Shown in pieces: positions 37,614-50,329 of a DNA stretch of 64,000 nucleotides. The stretch lies in NCBI GenBank assembly GCA_009103225.1, contig RHPI01000446.1:87038-151037 (forward strand), given 5' to 3'. The stretch comes from Chlorokybus atmophyticus. Lineage: Eukaryota; Plantae; Mesostigma and Chlorokybus algae. Position 1 is the stretch's first letter; each line of letters starts with the position of its first letter. The notes beneath the pieces are model-generated. The model did no database searches and had not been told where the DNA came from. It saw only the letters and a program-made list of their open reading frames with translations. The translations under genes were made by a program, and so were the position numbers.

Positions 37614-39318
37614 ATGTACAGGGTGTGGCCGAGTAGGCTGACAAGCAGGGCAGCACTATCCTGTGCTAGAAGCCGCCTGGTGAGTACAATGCTACATTAG
37701 TAGTGGTGGTTGTAGTCATGCTGGCATGTCATTGGCAGACAACGTCCTGACGTCCACCATCTTCTCGTCCTTCTCTGCCTCCTACAGATCCACAGCCTAA
37801 TTGTTGCTGAGCACAAGGGCGGGGTCACAGCGCAAGGCACTCTCTGTGCCGTCGCCGCTGCCTCCAGACTCGCTGCTGCTGCAGGCAGTGGCGACGATAG
37901 CAGCGTCTCTGTCCTGGTTGCTGGCGACAAGGACACCCGCAAGGTTGCTGAGAGCCTCAGCAGAGTTCAACATGTTAGCAAGGTAATAATATAAGGTATT
38001 AGATACACACATTGTGATCATGGTTGCTGTGGTTGTGGTTGCAATGCTTGGCTCACACTCCACATTAGGTGTTGGTAGCAGAGCACGAGAGGTATGCTCA
38101 CTCATTGGCAGAGCCGCTCTCATCGTTGGTATTATCCATTTGCAAAGCGGCATCATCATCCTCCACTCCGTTTACGCACGTGTTGGCTCCCTCATCGACT
38201 TTTGGCCGCAACATCCTTCCAAGGGCGGCCGCACTACTTGACGCTGCACAGGTGTCGGATGTCCTAGAGATCGTCGATGCCGACACATTCATTCGGTATG
38301 TTGGCTGTGTTGTTGCTGTTGACCTTGTTGGTTTTTGTCTTCAGCATGTGTGTCATTGCGGTGCAGGCCAATATATGCTGGCAATGCGCTATGCACGGTG
38401 CGGTACGCTCCTTCATCATCTGGACCGCGGCTTCTCACTATTCGCACAACGGCATTTCAACCTGCACAGCAGGACACCAACAGAGCACAGGCACCTATAG
38501 AAGAGGTGAACACACTGTGTAAAACTACGCGTCAATAGCATATACACACATACTTGCACGGATGTGGTTGAAGATGGGGCTGCTGGGTCAGGTGTCAAGG
38601 GACACTGAGACAGAGGACCTGCCGGCCACCGCGTGGGTAAAGGATGAGATGAGGGCGAGTGACAGACCGGAGCTGGGCTCTGCCAAGGTGGTTGTGTCTG
38701 GCGGCCGCGGGCTCAAGTCCAGTGAAGGGTTCACTATGCTTGAAGAGCTAGCTGACTGCCTCGGTGCTGCGCGTAAGTACTTCACACGTAACTGTTTGTA
38801 TCTGAGCTGTTTACTCCTGTCGTCCCTGTCATGAAGCTGTTGTGCACTGTAGTGGGCGCTTCAAGGGCCGCAGTGGATGCCGGCATGGTGCCCAACGATC
38901 TGCAGGTACACTTGCGTTTTGGCACTCAGAGTGCCATCACGCTTTGTCAGTCTGCATTTCTCTCACTACAACACACATGCACGCAGGTGGGCCAGACAGG
39001 CAAGGTGGTGGCACCGCAGCTGTACATTGCAGTGGGCATCAGCGGTGCGATCCAGCACCTTGCGGGGATGAAGGATTCCAAGGTCATCGTTGCCATCAAT
39101 AAGGTATGCGTGCGCGTAAGTGGGCGATTGCACGCTCCTGCATGCATGCATAATATGCAACAGGACCGGCTCAGCTGCTGACGTGCGTGGTATGCTTTTG
39201 TCAGGACCCTGAGGCACCCATCTTTCAACTTGCTGATTACGGTCTTGTTGGCGACCTTTTCAAGATAGTGCCGGAGATGACCGAGAAGCTGCGGAGTTTG
39301 AAGAGCAAGCAGCAGTAG
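37614..39318 (+). CDS. ETFA: Electron transfer flavoprotein alpha subunit, mitochondrial
   Basis: [118 protein letters not shown]. Confidence 0.97.
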
Positions 39319-39820
39319 CCTATGTATGCAATACTGGATTGACCAACACGTGAACTATTATTCTATCGTTGGACTTACGTGCGTCTGACAACATGGCTGG
39401 CACCACGTGCACTGCGAATATGCCATCCCGGGCAGGAACCTTGTGTTGCCTGGGGTGAGATGGAGACTACCATCAATGAGTCTAGTCATGCATCACAAAG
39501 GGTTGTGCGAAGCATTACATTGAGTGCTAAGCACTTGAAGTAAAGGCAGTGACGCAGTGCTCCCCAGCTGCACATAGGGGCCAGTGCAGGCCAACAATGG
39601 CACATGAATTGCAGGGCGAGCAATGCTGACATTGCTCACATTTGCAATCTTAGCTCTGTACAAGTTCTCATCTGAACTGTACTGGCTGTGAAGTTGTATG
39701 CAAGCAAAACTCTTGGTTACGCTAACGACTGCAAGCCTACGAATCTAGATCTAGCTGATAGTAAGTACAGTAACATGCCGCCCTAGTGCGATACTGGAGG
39801 TGCAAATAACCACCCAGCAC

Positions 39821-41064
39821 TTACTGTGCATGTGTAAAAACCGCGTTGGCGAGTGTGGCAAGACCAAAGTTTACACTCCACATAGCTATACATGATACGC
39901 CGCAGATGGCGACTGTCAAGCCTGTGGCTCCAATAACCTGCACAAAGTCCAGGTAACTTAATCGAACAAACACCAAGCGTTACATTGGATGCAAGCACAA
40001 ACCAGTACAAGGCATGCTGCTGGACATGCATGCGAAAATATCATTTCGCAATGAAGTACATTGTAAACCACTAGTGCCTGCACTCCGTATCCAATTATAC
40101 ACAGCACGAGCGTTCAACGCAGCTTTCATTGAGCACAACCATGCACAGCAACACAACGCCGACACAAGCGACAAGAAACATAAGTTAGAGAACCAGCACA
40201 GTGTCCGAAGGAAGCTTAGCTGCATTGCCAGCAAGCTGCTCTTGCATAACCCACACGTTGAAGGCGTGGTGCTCTAATGCGGTACTCGCATACAGGACTG
40301 TCGTTGTATAATTGTCTTGCAATTGTTGGACAATGCATTGCATGTTCGTGACCCATGCAGTGCCGATCAGTGACCCGGATATGCGATGTTACTTACTCGC
40401 ACAGCAGGTACACACATGCACAGACCAGCACAGGACAACAGGCACTCGGTTACAATACTGAGATGCGAGAAGTACTAAAAACTAACAAAACGCAATTGAA
40501 ATGGTAAGTGTGCAAAGAAGCCAAAACAGTGGTACTCGAGCAAGCAGCATTCAACCGCTTGTTGCATAGACACACAGCAGCAAGGGCTACCTGCGACACA
40601 GTGGGCCAAGTGACTTCTTTGGCCTCCGCAGCCACGCCAGCAAGGTAGCCGCCGCTGGCGGCGGGAGAGCCGGCACCCTGAGCGTCCCTCCTGGCGGCTC
40701 TCATCTGGGCGATCTGCTTGCCGAGGTCGTCCAGGGCGGCGTCGTCGGTGGCGGCGGACGACGAGGAGGAGGCCTGCGGCTCAGAGGAGGAGGAGGTGGA
40801 GGCAGCTTCCGCCTGCCTGGCCTGGTCCGATAGCACAGGGCCGGACGCAGCCGGCGTCTCCTTTTGCCTGCCAGGCTGCTGCTGGCCTGCCATGGCCACT
40901 ACCAATGGTCTGCAGCGGCTGTGCTGGGAGCTGCTCTGCCTCCGCCTCGGAACTGTAGGTGCCTTGCTGGAGGGCACCGCAGATATCTTCTGAGCAGACA
41001 CCACACCTGCCGGCAAAGCTCCCCGCAGTCCCATCACCGCCCCCGCCGCCGCCGTCGCCGCCAT
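39821..41064 (-). CDS. SECE1: Plastid preprotein translocase subunit SecE
   Basis: Transit-peptide-like N-terminus; YLAGVAAEAKEVTWPTVSQ (exon ends 40591) spliced to VIGATGLTVAICGVSCIAMWSVNFGLATLANAVFTHAQ* (39937-39821). Confidence 0.88.
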
Positions 41065-41293
41065 CTCCACCGCCGCTCTCAGCCAAGGCTCAGGCCAATT
41101 AGAGCTTAACCGTGTTATGTCTTTACTTCAAGATTGACGACCAGAAGTTGTTCGCGGTTCCTCAGCCATTATCTTTAGTTTTGCTGCTTGGCTGGACAAC
41201 CATTACGAGGTTACTCCTTACGAGGTTGGTAAGGTTTGCGGATCCTTGATGAAAGTTGTCAAGGTAGCGGCATGCTGGTTGGCAAGCTTGTCC

Positions 41294-44211
41294 ATGAGGG
41301 CGGCGGCGGCGGCGGCGGCGGGGGCGGTGCTGGTGGCCGAGGCGGGGGCGGGGGTGTGCCCGAGGCTGGCGGATGGAATGCGGGCGACAGTCCTTGGGCA
41401 GGCTGAAGCTGCCGGATCTTCCGGGAAGACCGTGGCCGAGGTAGAGGCGGAGCTGGCGGAGGAGGTGGACGAGGACCTGGAGAAGGCGGAGGAGGAGAAG
41501 GAGGACGAGGAGGACGACGGCAACTGCAGCAATGGCTTCTCTGTCGTCGCTCCTTCCGAGGCGGACCAAGAGCGAGACGTCGCCCACAGGGCAGGGCCCC
41601 GTGGTTACTCCCTTGGCGGCGGCGGCGGCCGGGCCATTCGGCCGTGTAGGGTTTAGAACAGTAGGAGGAGGAGGAGGGCAGCCTGGTACCCCGCCCAGGA
41701 ACGTGTCCAGATCCGTGTCATCCCCAATCAGGCCCATCGCGCAGCAGAAGGCAGCCCTCGCAGCCGCTGTCGCAGCTGGCAACACCAGGGCCTGGCTCAG
41801 AGTTGCCGCCGATGGCTCCGCCAAGGTTAGCTTGTATACAATTGTACTGCTGGTGTCTGTTTCCAATTCACAAAACAAGATGACAAGATGAACTGACAAA
41901 CAGATGTTCGTTAAAGCTTTACCAAGTGCCACTTGCACTTCATGCACACTGTCATGTTCATGAACTGTGAGCTCACCTGTATGCATGGTTACGTTGTATG
42001 GCTGCAAACAGCTTTCACGAGTTGGCTTGTGACATGACAGTATGCAAAGCTACATGTATTCTTGCATTAGTCTTGACATTGTGATTATCAGCAGTTGAGC
42101 AATCTAAAGCAATCTTGTGTCTTAAGCTTGCTGGACCCTTTCCTCAGCTGTGCATCTGCAGGTGTTGGAAGCAGGTAGGCAGGCTGTGATGGGGCGTACG
42201 GGCGTGGCTGCGCGCGACCTTCGCATGCTGGACCCTTTCCTCAACTACCCTTCCAACATCCTCGTGCGTGACCGTGCTCTTGTGCTTAACCTCGAGCATG
42301 TACGCGCCATTATCACATCCGAGGAGATGCTCCTCCTCGCGCACACGGACCCGCTTGTCTCCCCCGTCGCGAGCGACTTGCAAAGGAGGTATGTGTGTTG
42401 TTGGGTGTGGATTTTGTGTGCATGTTTGTTGACAACAGTGATGTGATAGGTTGGCAATTGAGAGGGTGACTTTAGAGAGCAAGCAGCAGTTCTCACCCGT
42501 TGCCCCCGTGCCCTTTGAGTTTCGATGCCTTGAAGTTGTGTTGGAGAGTGTCATCAGTCTGCTTGAGGTGAGCGCTGGCTCAAGGTGATGCAGATTTACT
42601 GCACACACACGCTCACGCACACATTCAGTATGGACATGAACATGTGCATGCACACACGCACGGGAAGCCATGGACGTTGTCAGCATGCGAGCAGCAGGAT
42701 GTATGCGTGTTGCATGTGTGCATCAATTATAATTGCTGAAGTATACTGTGCAATTGCAGAATAGGGCAGCTGAGCTCAAGAAGGAAACCTATCAAGCTAT
42801 GGAGGCGCTTACGGGGAAGGTCACAACAGCGAACCTCGAGCGTGTGCGAAAGGCCAAGAGCAAGATGACTCGCTTGACCACGCGAGTGCAAACGGTATGT
42901 CGTTGTGCAACACATTAACAAGGAAGCCCCACAGCGTGATGCGCTTCATTGTGCGGGATGAACAACGTCTTTGTGTCTCCTGATGGCTGTGAAATCTTTG
43001 TAGTGCAGCCCCATCTGGCAACATGCCAACAACTGTGCTTTTCAGCCTGTAAAGATGTCAAAATCATAATGCACCTCATTGTTTGGGTTTACTCGTGTAC
43101 AGTTTCTGTCAAGGGCATGCACATATACATGAGGAGGGTTCCCCACTGTTGATGTGTTAGCATGTTCGTGTGTGCTGGTGTGTACAAAGGTAAGGGAGGA
43201 GTTGGAGTCTATCCTCAACGATGACGAGGACATGGCGGCCATGTACCTCACGCGCAAGAAGTTTCTGACCGAGCAGGAGGCGCAGCATCTGGCGGAAGAG
43301 CTCGCACGCGAGGTCCGTGTGATGCGAATGTTGTTGTTTTCAGCTGCAGGACAATGCGTGACCTGTTTGGTTAGAAGTAGTGCAATCTGCTCACAAGCTT
43401 AACAATCAAAACCCTTTCAGGAAGAAGAATTGGAGGCGAAAAGGCGGTATTATGAGGAGAACCCCGATGAGTCACCGCGCTCCAGTGCTAGGTATGGTCA
43501 TATTGATAATGATTACCTATAGAGTGTCCTTGTAGAATGCAGTATCTGCATTGCTTTTTGATTGCACGTGCACACGAGTGTGTGTGCGCGTGTATGTATG
43601 CGCGCGTGTGTGTTGACATGGCTCATGTGTTGCAGCTCTTCAAGCAGCAGCAGCTCCAGCAGCCGCAGCGAGCAGCTGGATGTTGATGATCTGGAGCATC
43701 TGCTCGAAGTCTACTTTATGCAGGTGCTTGTGGCAATCATGCTGACTCTCCCTATTGGCAGTTGTGTCGTACAGACAGAGTACTCACTGCTGTGTCTGTG
43801 GTCGCAGATTGATGGCACGCACAACACGCTGCTAGCGCTCAAGGAGTACGTTGATGACACGGAGGACTTCATCAACATTCAACTTGACTCGCACCGCAAC
43901 CAGCTTATTCAACTGGAGGTCATCCTCACTGCTGGGTGAGTCACATAACCTCAATGCACACACATCAACTCACTGCCAGCTTGCGTGCATGGAGCGTGGT
44001 ATTAAAGTTGTATCGGATCAACAGGTCCTTTGCGATTGCCGTGCCTTATATTGTATTTGGCATATACGGCATGAACATCCCCGAGCCCAATGGTCTCTGG
44101 TCCAAGACGGATGCATTCTACCCCATTGTGTTCTGCACCATTGCTGTATCCTGCCTGTTCTTTGTTGCCTTCGTTGTATACTGTCGTTGGCGGCGGCTGA
44201 TGTGCTTCTAG
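41294..44211 (+). CDS. MRS2: CorA/MRS2-family magnesium transporter
   Basis: [76 protein letters not shown], and the GMN signature (GIYGMNIP) followed by a TM segment. Confidence 0.95.
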
Positions 44212-44732
44212 GGTTGATAGCTAGTGTCAAATGTAGTGTATATTGAATGGACGATGGATAAGTGGACAGACCTCCCTTGTTGAGGGTAAGTGGCAACGGC
44301 AGGACTGCAGGGTTATCGTAATTATTGCATTCTGGTTCACCCACCCCTGGTTGCATTTCATGTTCTTGAGATGTAGTGCTGCTATTGCAAGCTTCCTCAT
44401 TTGCAAGCTCCCTTGTGTTGAAGAAGGGGATGCCTCGATGTATTTAATTGCTGGGACTGGGGATTAGTAGCAATAAGCCTAACAACTCGAGAGATATATG
44501 ACTTTGCTATGTTCATTGTGTAGTCGTGCAGTCTCAGTAGTTGTTCCCGCTAGCAACGGTAGTAGCAAAACTGACCAGGTACGTATTACAATGCAGCCTG
44601 TTAGTCTTATGCACCCTGTTTTTCTTATGCACGCCAGATGAGGCCATTTGGCATAGCCTTCCAAGCAGCATGTGCAGTGCATCCGTGCAACAGCATGCAA
44701 CAGCCCACATGATTACTGCAAAGATCATGTTG

Positions 44733-47700
44733 TTAATTACGAGGTGAGGCAACACTTTTGGAGTCTCCCTGTGCTCCCAATGTAGGGTCCGTCATTGGTT
44801 GAGATGTTGTGTTCTCTCCAGCATTGGTTGTGTCTGTCGTCCACTGTAGACTAACCGATACCCACCTGCGTATGGGATTTGATTATAGAAATGCACCATA
44901 CGACCCAACACACTCGCCAACGCATGTGTGTACGCACCGCGAGCCCAACTTCTTCTCGGTTCCATCAGGATGAAGCATGGGTAGGCGGAAGCGGCCTTCT
45001 CGCAAGTTGTTTAGAGGCAGACCAAAATGGCCTTTTGTGTCGTTGCGATTGCCGTAGTCTTGGTCCTTAAGCGTCACCATAAGAACATCCAACTCAGGAG
45101 CCTGCACCATAACAAACACATTGAAGCAGAACCACCCACGCACTTCGACATCGATGCGTACGCAGCCAGGGGATGCACACAGCACAAAAACACACAGCCA
45201 CCCAACCTGCAAAGGGAATCTGAACTCTTGATCAAATGTGTATCTCGACGTGTTGAACGCTGTCTTCGTGTGACCCTTTGCTTGATCGCCGGGCCAACCA
45301 AGCACCTGTACATATACACGCGTGTGTGTATGCGTGTGCATACATACACATGCATACCCAGGCACATGCGCGCGTGCGCTCGCATGTGCACACGTGTGTA
45401 CAATGGTGCACTTAACAAGTGAGCGTCATCCACACCCTTCCCATACCTGCAACGTGACGTATAGATCGTCTCCCCGCAAGCACTCGAACTTGAGGGCGGC
45501 CGTGTGGGACTGCACCGTGAACACGCGCACGCACAACACTCTCTTGATGCCTTGCGGGGGCTCGTACGGCGACTGAAGCATCCACTGAGGCTTCTTCACG
45601 TACCCGCACTTGCCATTGTCATCAAACTGGAGAACACATGCAAAAGTTTTGGGACAACAAGTGACAACAGATCGTGCAGATGAGAGAACAGTGTGCTCAT
45701 GTGATCCGCATGTTGTATGCAATCTTCGCAAACAATGTCCTGTGCAGTAATTGCACGCATCACCTGCAAACATTTTTACACGCACGCGTTCACGCGCACA
45801 CGCACACGCACATACGCACACGCACACACACCGTACCCACCTTGGCCGTGTTGATCCAGACCTCCTTCCCGTTGTCCTGCCAGTTGAGCGCGACGACCTG
45901 CGCGCCCAGGGCCCAGGCCGCCGTCGGGTCGTAGTTGCCGGAAAGGACGCGGGTGCCCGCAGGGTAGACGCGCATCAGGTGGCGAGAGGAGTACTCAAGG
46001 ACCTAACACGCACAACATGGACATGTGCGTGAGTGAGTGAGTGCGTGCCCATGCGCCCATGCGCACACAGGTGCGTATGTGCATGTGTGTGTGTGTGTGT
46101 GTATGTGAGTGTGCTCGCGCGCGTGTATGTGTGCGTATGGGTGTGTTCATTCTCATGCACAGTACTTGTGCGTGCATGTTTGCGTGTGCATTCATACACA
46201 CATAGACGCACGCATACTGCGCATGTCGATGCGCAAGTGTACACACATAGACGCGCGCACACTTTCGCATCAACATGCGCTGTGCGTCCATGTGTGTATG
46301 TGTATGTGCACACACACACACGCACGCATACTTATGTATGTGCGTTTTTGCACGCGTATCTCTGTAACTCATTGAACAAAGCCTCTGAGACGAAACCTCA
46401 CCACGCACCTCCGTTGCTTGCGTCTGCAGCGTCTCCAGCTTCCCCTCATCGAAGCTATTACTCACGACATACTCGCTCGCCTTCGCCTGTTCAAACGACA
46501 CGAACTTGCTATTATCCACATAAACCAATCTCCTCAGCTCCTCCGCCATGGCGTCCGGCTTGTCGTGGTTGGGCTTGTCTCTGATTAATATCCTTCCCCT
46601 CAATGTCTCGGGAGACTCGAACGAACGGGCGCGGCCGAGAGGCTCGTACAACTTACCGGAGAGACAGCGGCGGAGGATGTCGACCATCACACGCTGTGGT
46701 GGGAGGTGATGAGGGTGAGTAGCAGTAGTGACATGAGTGTGGATGTGTGTGGAGTTGTTGCGGAGATCATGTAAGCTCAAGTGCAGGCGCACGTGCATAT
46801 GTGACTGCAGGTCTACACGAGTATGTGCGTGTGCAGATGCACGCGTGCATGTGCGCACGCGTGCTTGCGTATGTGCGGTGCACGGGTGCGTGTGCGCGTG
46901 CACAGTGTGTGTCTATGTGCGTCTATGCAGACTTGTGAACAAGACACACTCATGCCTGGTTGGGGGCGTCGCAGTGGTCTTCCATGGTGATGATGACAGG
47001 GTAGGGCGAGGCGTCGAACGCATGCTGGCCGACCGCCTTCACGCACTCCTGCGTGCAAGGGTGGGTTGGGTTACACGCATTGGGTGCATACCTACAGCAG
47101 TGTTGTGGACGTGTAAAATATTGCGTGAAATGACAGGGGGCAAGCATGTGCACGTGCGGGAACAATGGGAACAATGTGAATTCAGAAATGAAGTGCAATG
47201 CTCACACGCGCAGCAAACGCATGGACATATGCACACGCATGTGCAAGCAAGCATTCATATTTGCGACTACACGCATGTGCACGTGCATAGGCGCAAGTGC
47301 GCACGCGTAGGCACACTCACACACATGTACGAAAAAACAATCCCATGCACACTAGCGCGCGCACGCACACATACTCACGCGCGCACACTCGCAGACGCAC
47401 ACATGCTTGCCCGCACACCCACGCATGCACGCACGCACGCACTCCCACGTCCACGCGCACACCCACACACACGCACCTCAAAAGGCACGGCTTTGGTGAG
47501 TGTGTTTCCATGCTTGACCATCGGTCCCACTTCAGGACGGTCAGGATCCGCATTGTACACATCAAACTCCACCACTCGACACCCCATCCTCAGAGCTGCA
47601 TGCAAACACACACATGTGTTCACAACCAACCAACATGATGTTACATGTGTGCATGTGCGTTGCACTCACCAACCTTTGATGAACTCTGCTGTGCCGCACT

Positions 47701-48184
47701 CGGACGTGAGCTGGTTGCCGAGCAGGTAGCTGTTGTGGCTGGAGGAGATGAAGTAGTGGGACAGGGGAGCTGTCAGGTCTTGGTAAACACCCTCAATCTG
47801 GCACACATTACCACGTTGTTGATGATCGGTTAACAACAAGACCAACGGAGACATACAGCTGAATGTTTCAAACACCCTAATTGCGGGCAACAACGGCGCT
47901 TTTTAAGCTGAGACTGTTCAAGTACAGCCCAATGCAGTAGTCAGCAATGTTGCGAGCGAGGTGCCATCTGACGTCCCAAAAACAGGCGCATTGCGCACCA
48001 AACTTGATTCAAACCCTACTTCCAGCTGGCCATTGTGTGAAGAACATGTTGGGTGCATTGCACAACACCTCAAGCAAAGAGGTTTGGTGTTACATCTCAC
48101 CACAGGGGTGTAGGCTGCGGTGACGTCTGTGTATTTATCCGTCTTGGAGGTCCCCGCACCCCGCATCCACCTCAGCAGCCCCAT
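44733..48184 (-). CDS. PLC: Phosphoinositide-specific phospholipase C (X-Y-C2)
   Basis: X box [43 protein letters not shown]; Y box [38 protein letters not shown]; C2 domain ...[21 protein letters not shown]. Confidence 0.94.
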
Positions 48185-48471
48185 GGCTGGTGTCAATATT
48201 CAGGATGACGACCACCACGTCCACCACGACGACGACCTGCACCGCCCTACCGCCGCCGCTCAATGCAAAATCCTACGTGGCAATAAATCCACAGATCTCT
48301 CTGCTGAGAAGATTCAGACAGAGCGAGTGTTTAGTTCACAAGTGTGATTGACAACTGATTCACTGGTTTCTCAGTGTGTGTTGTTCACTGCTGTCTTGGA
48401 GTGTAGCTCACTCGAGTGAACTAATTTGGAAGTGAGTGAGTTAGTGAAGTGTAGTTCACCGGGTTGGAGCC

Positions 48472-49719
48472 ATGGTGGCGGCGGCGGCGGTGGTGGAGGC
48501 CCTGAGAGTGGCGGCGATATTGTGCCCCTTTCCTTTCTACTGGTGAGAGACACATACGCACAGGGAGAGAGAAGTACAGACGAAAAGGACTGTGACGCCT
48601 GGGCTCAGTTTGTCTGCTGCATGCTGGCACACGGGCTTTTGGCCACTGAACACCGCTTGGTTATACACTAACCTGAACTTGATAGATTACTTTTCAAGCC
48701 AAAAACAATTATCAAGCAAAAATACAGTGACAACCGCAGAAATCAGAGCGCAAGACATAACCTACGACAGAGTTTGTGCAAGTGCATAGAGCAAACCTTT
48801 CCCCCACCCCCATTCCCACCCCCACCCAAAACAAAAACTTACTGGCTCACTGTTATTGATTTGGATTAGTCAACGATGTGATCTCACGCGCAGGTATCTG
48901 TGGAACAATCCCGGAGACTTTGTGAGGTGGATTGGGCCGGGAGTCGACCCGTGCAGGCGAATGCAACAGGCAGGGAGAGAACGCAGCAAACACATGAGCA
49001 GAATGCAACATGCATGCATGTTGTGTGGTATCATGAATGACACGCACGCACGCACGCATCTTCTGTTGGCAGTATAAGAAAGACACCTATGCGCGCACGC
49101 ACACGCACACGCTCACACATGCTTCTTGTTTGATGGAAGAGACACGTACGCACGCACACACGCGCATGTGCACTAGCATACACCCGCACTCGCACGCACA
49201 CACATACACATGCGCACAAACAACTCACGTTGTGATACAGATTGCGACGGGGATGAAGTTGTTGCAGTTCGCCGCCTTCGCCTCCGTCGCCACCTTCCGC
49301 ATCCCCCCGCTGATATCCGTCCTCCTCATTGCCATGGGCCAGTACCTCAACTACAGGCAAGAAGCAAGCTGAATGAAGCAACCATTGGAGCAGTGGCACG
49401 CACATACACACGCACACACGCACGCACGGACGCACACACACAAAACACACTCCCCAGGGTCTACTTCCTCCTCGGTGAGCCCGGCGTCTACTACGGCGTC
49501 CGTTTCGGCCGGTCTATCCCCTGGCGCACCGAGTTTCCTTTCGGATTTGTTAGAGATCCGCAATATGTGGGTTCCGTCCTCACGCTGATCGGGGGACTCT
49601 GCTGGGTCCCATGGCCCTATGTGATGTTATGGTGTGGAGGGTACGCCTTCATGATGAGGGTGGAAAGCGTCGAGGACGAGTCCACACGAGTGAAGGGGGG
49701 AGGAGGGGGAAAAGGATAG
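48472..49719 (+). CDS. PLMT: Phosphatidyl-N-methylethanolamine N-methyltransferase (PEMT family)
   Basis: PFPFYWYLWNNP, GQYLNYRVYFLLGEPGVYYGVRFGRSIPWRTEFPFGFVRDPQYVGSVL; four exons. Confidence 0.93.
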
Positions 49720-50329
49720 GGTGTTGTTGTGTGTCTCCAATTGATCGATTCATGTGTTTAGTCCGGACTCACAGTAGTGAGACATATCTGCTCGCTTATT
49801 GAGTGGGGTTTGTAGTCCATGCCAGAGTACTCACGTGCGGGTTTGTGAAGCTATCTGCTGTATTGAATCTTGAAAGTTGAGGCTGAGAGTGCTATTGTAT
49901 TGCAGAAAGCATGCATGTGCTTGTTGACATACATATTACAGAATGTCGCACACTGCAAAGAAGCTTTACCAAATGAACATACAAGCCGGGGAGAGAAGAG
50001 TGTACTTATCACGCATAGTGCCCTATGCTACTGACTAATCACAATGCTGACCACTTATCCACATGACAGCTCTGCCCCATAACTTATGGCGCAATATATC
50101 CCGAACAGTGTCCTGCACTGCAGGTATCACCCCTTTCACAGTAATGTTGGGTGCGGTCACTGTTCCCACATGCGTGCACATCAACTACCACCCCTGGCCT
50201 AGAGATCGTGTGCGCAAGTGTGTGAGCGTGTCTGTGTGTGGGCGCTCGCACATGTGAGTATGTGTGTGTATCTCTGAGTGTGCGAGTTTGCGTGTCTGCG
50301 CGCTCGCGAAGGAGCGTGTCTGTGTCTCT

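Noticed and set aside
45975-47729. Numerous His/Thr- or Cys/Val-rich ORFs, here and throughout the window
   Set aside because: They are translations of CA/TG-repeat intron sequence.
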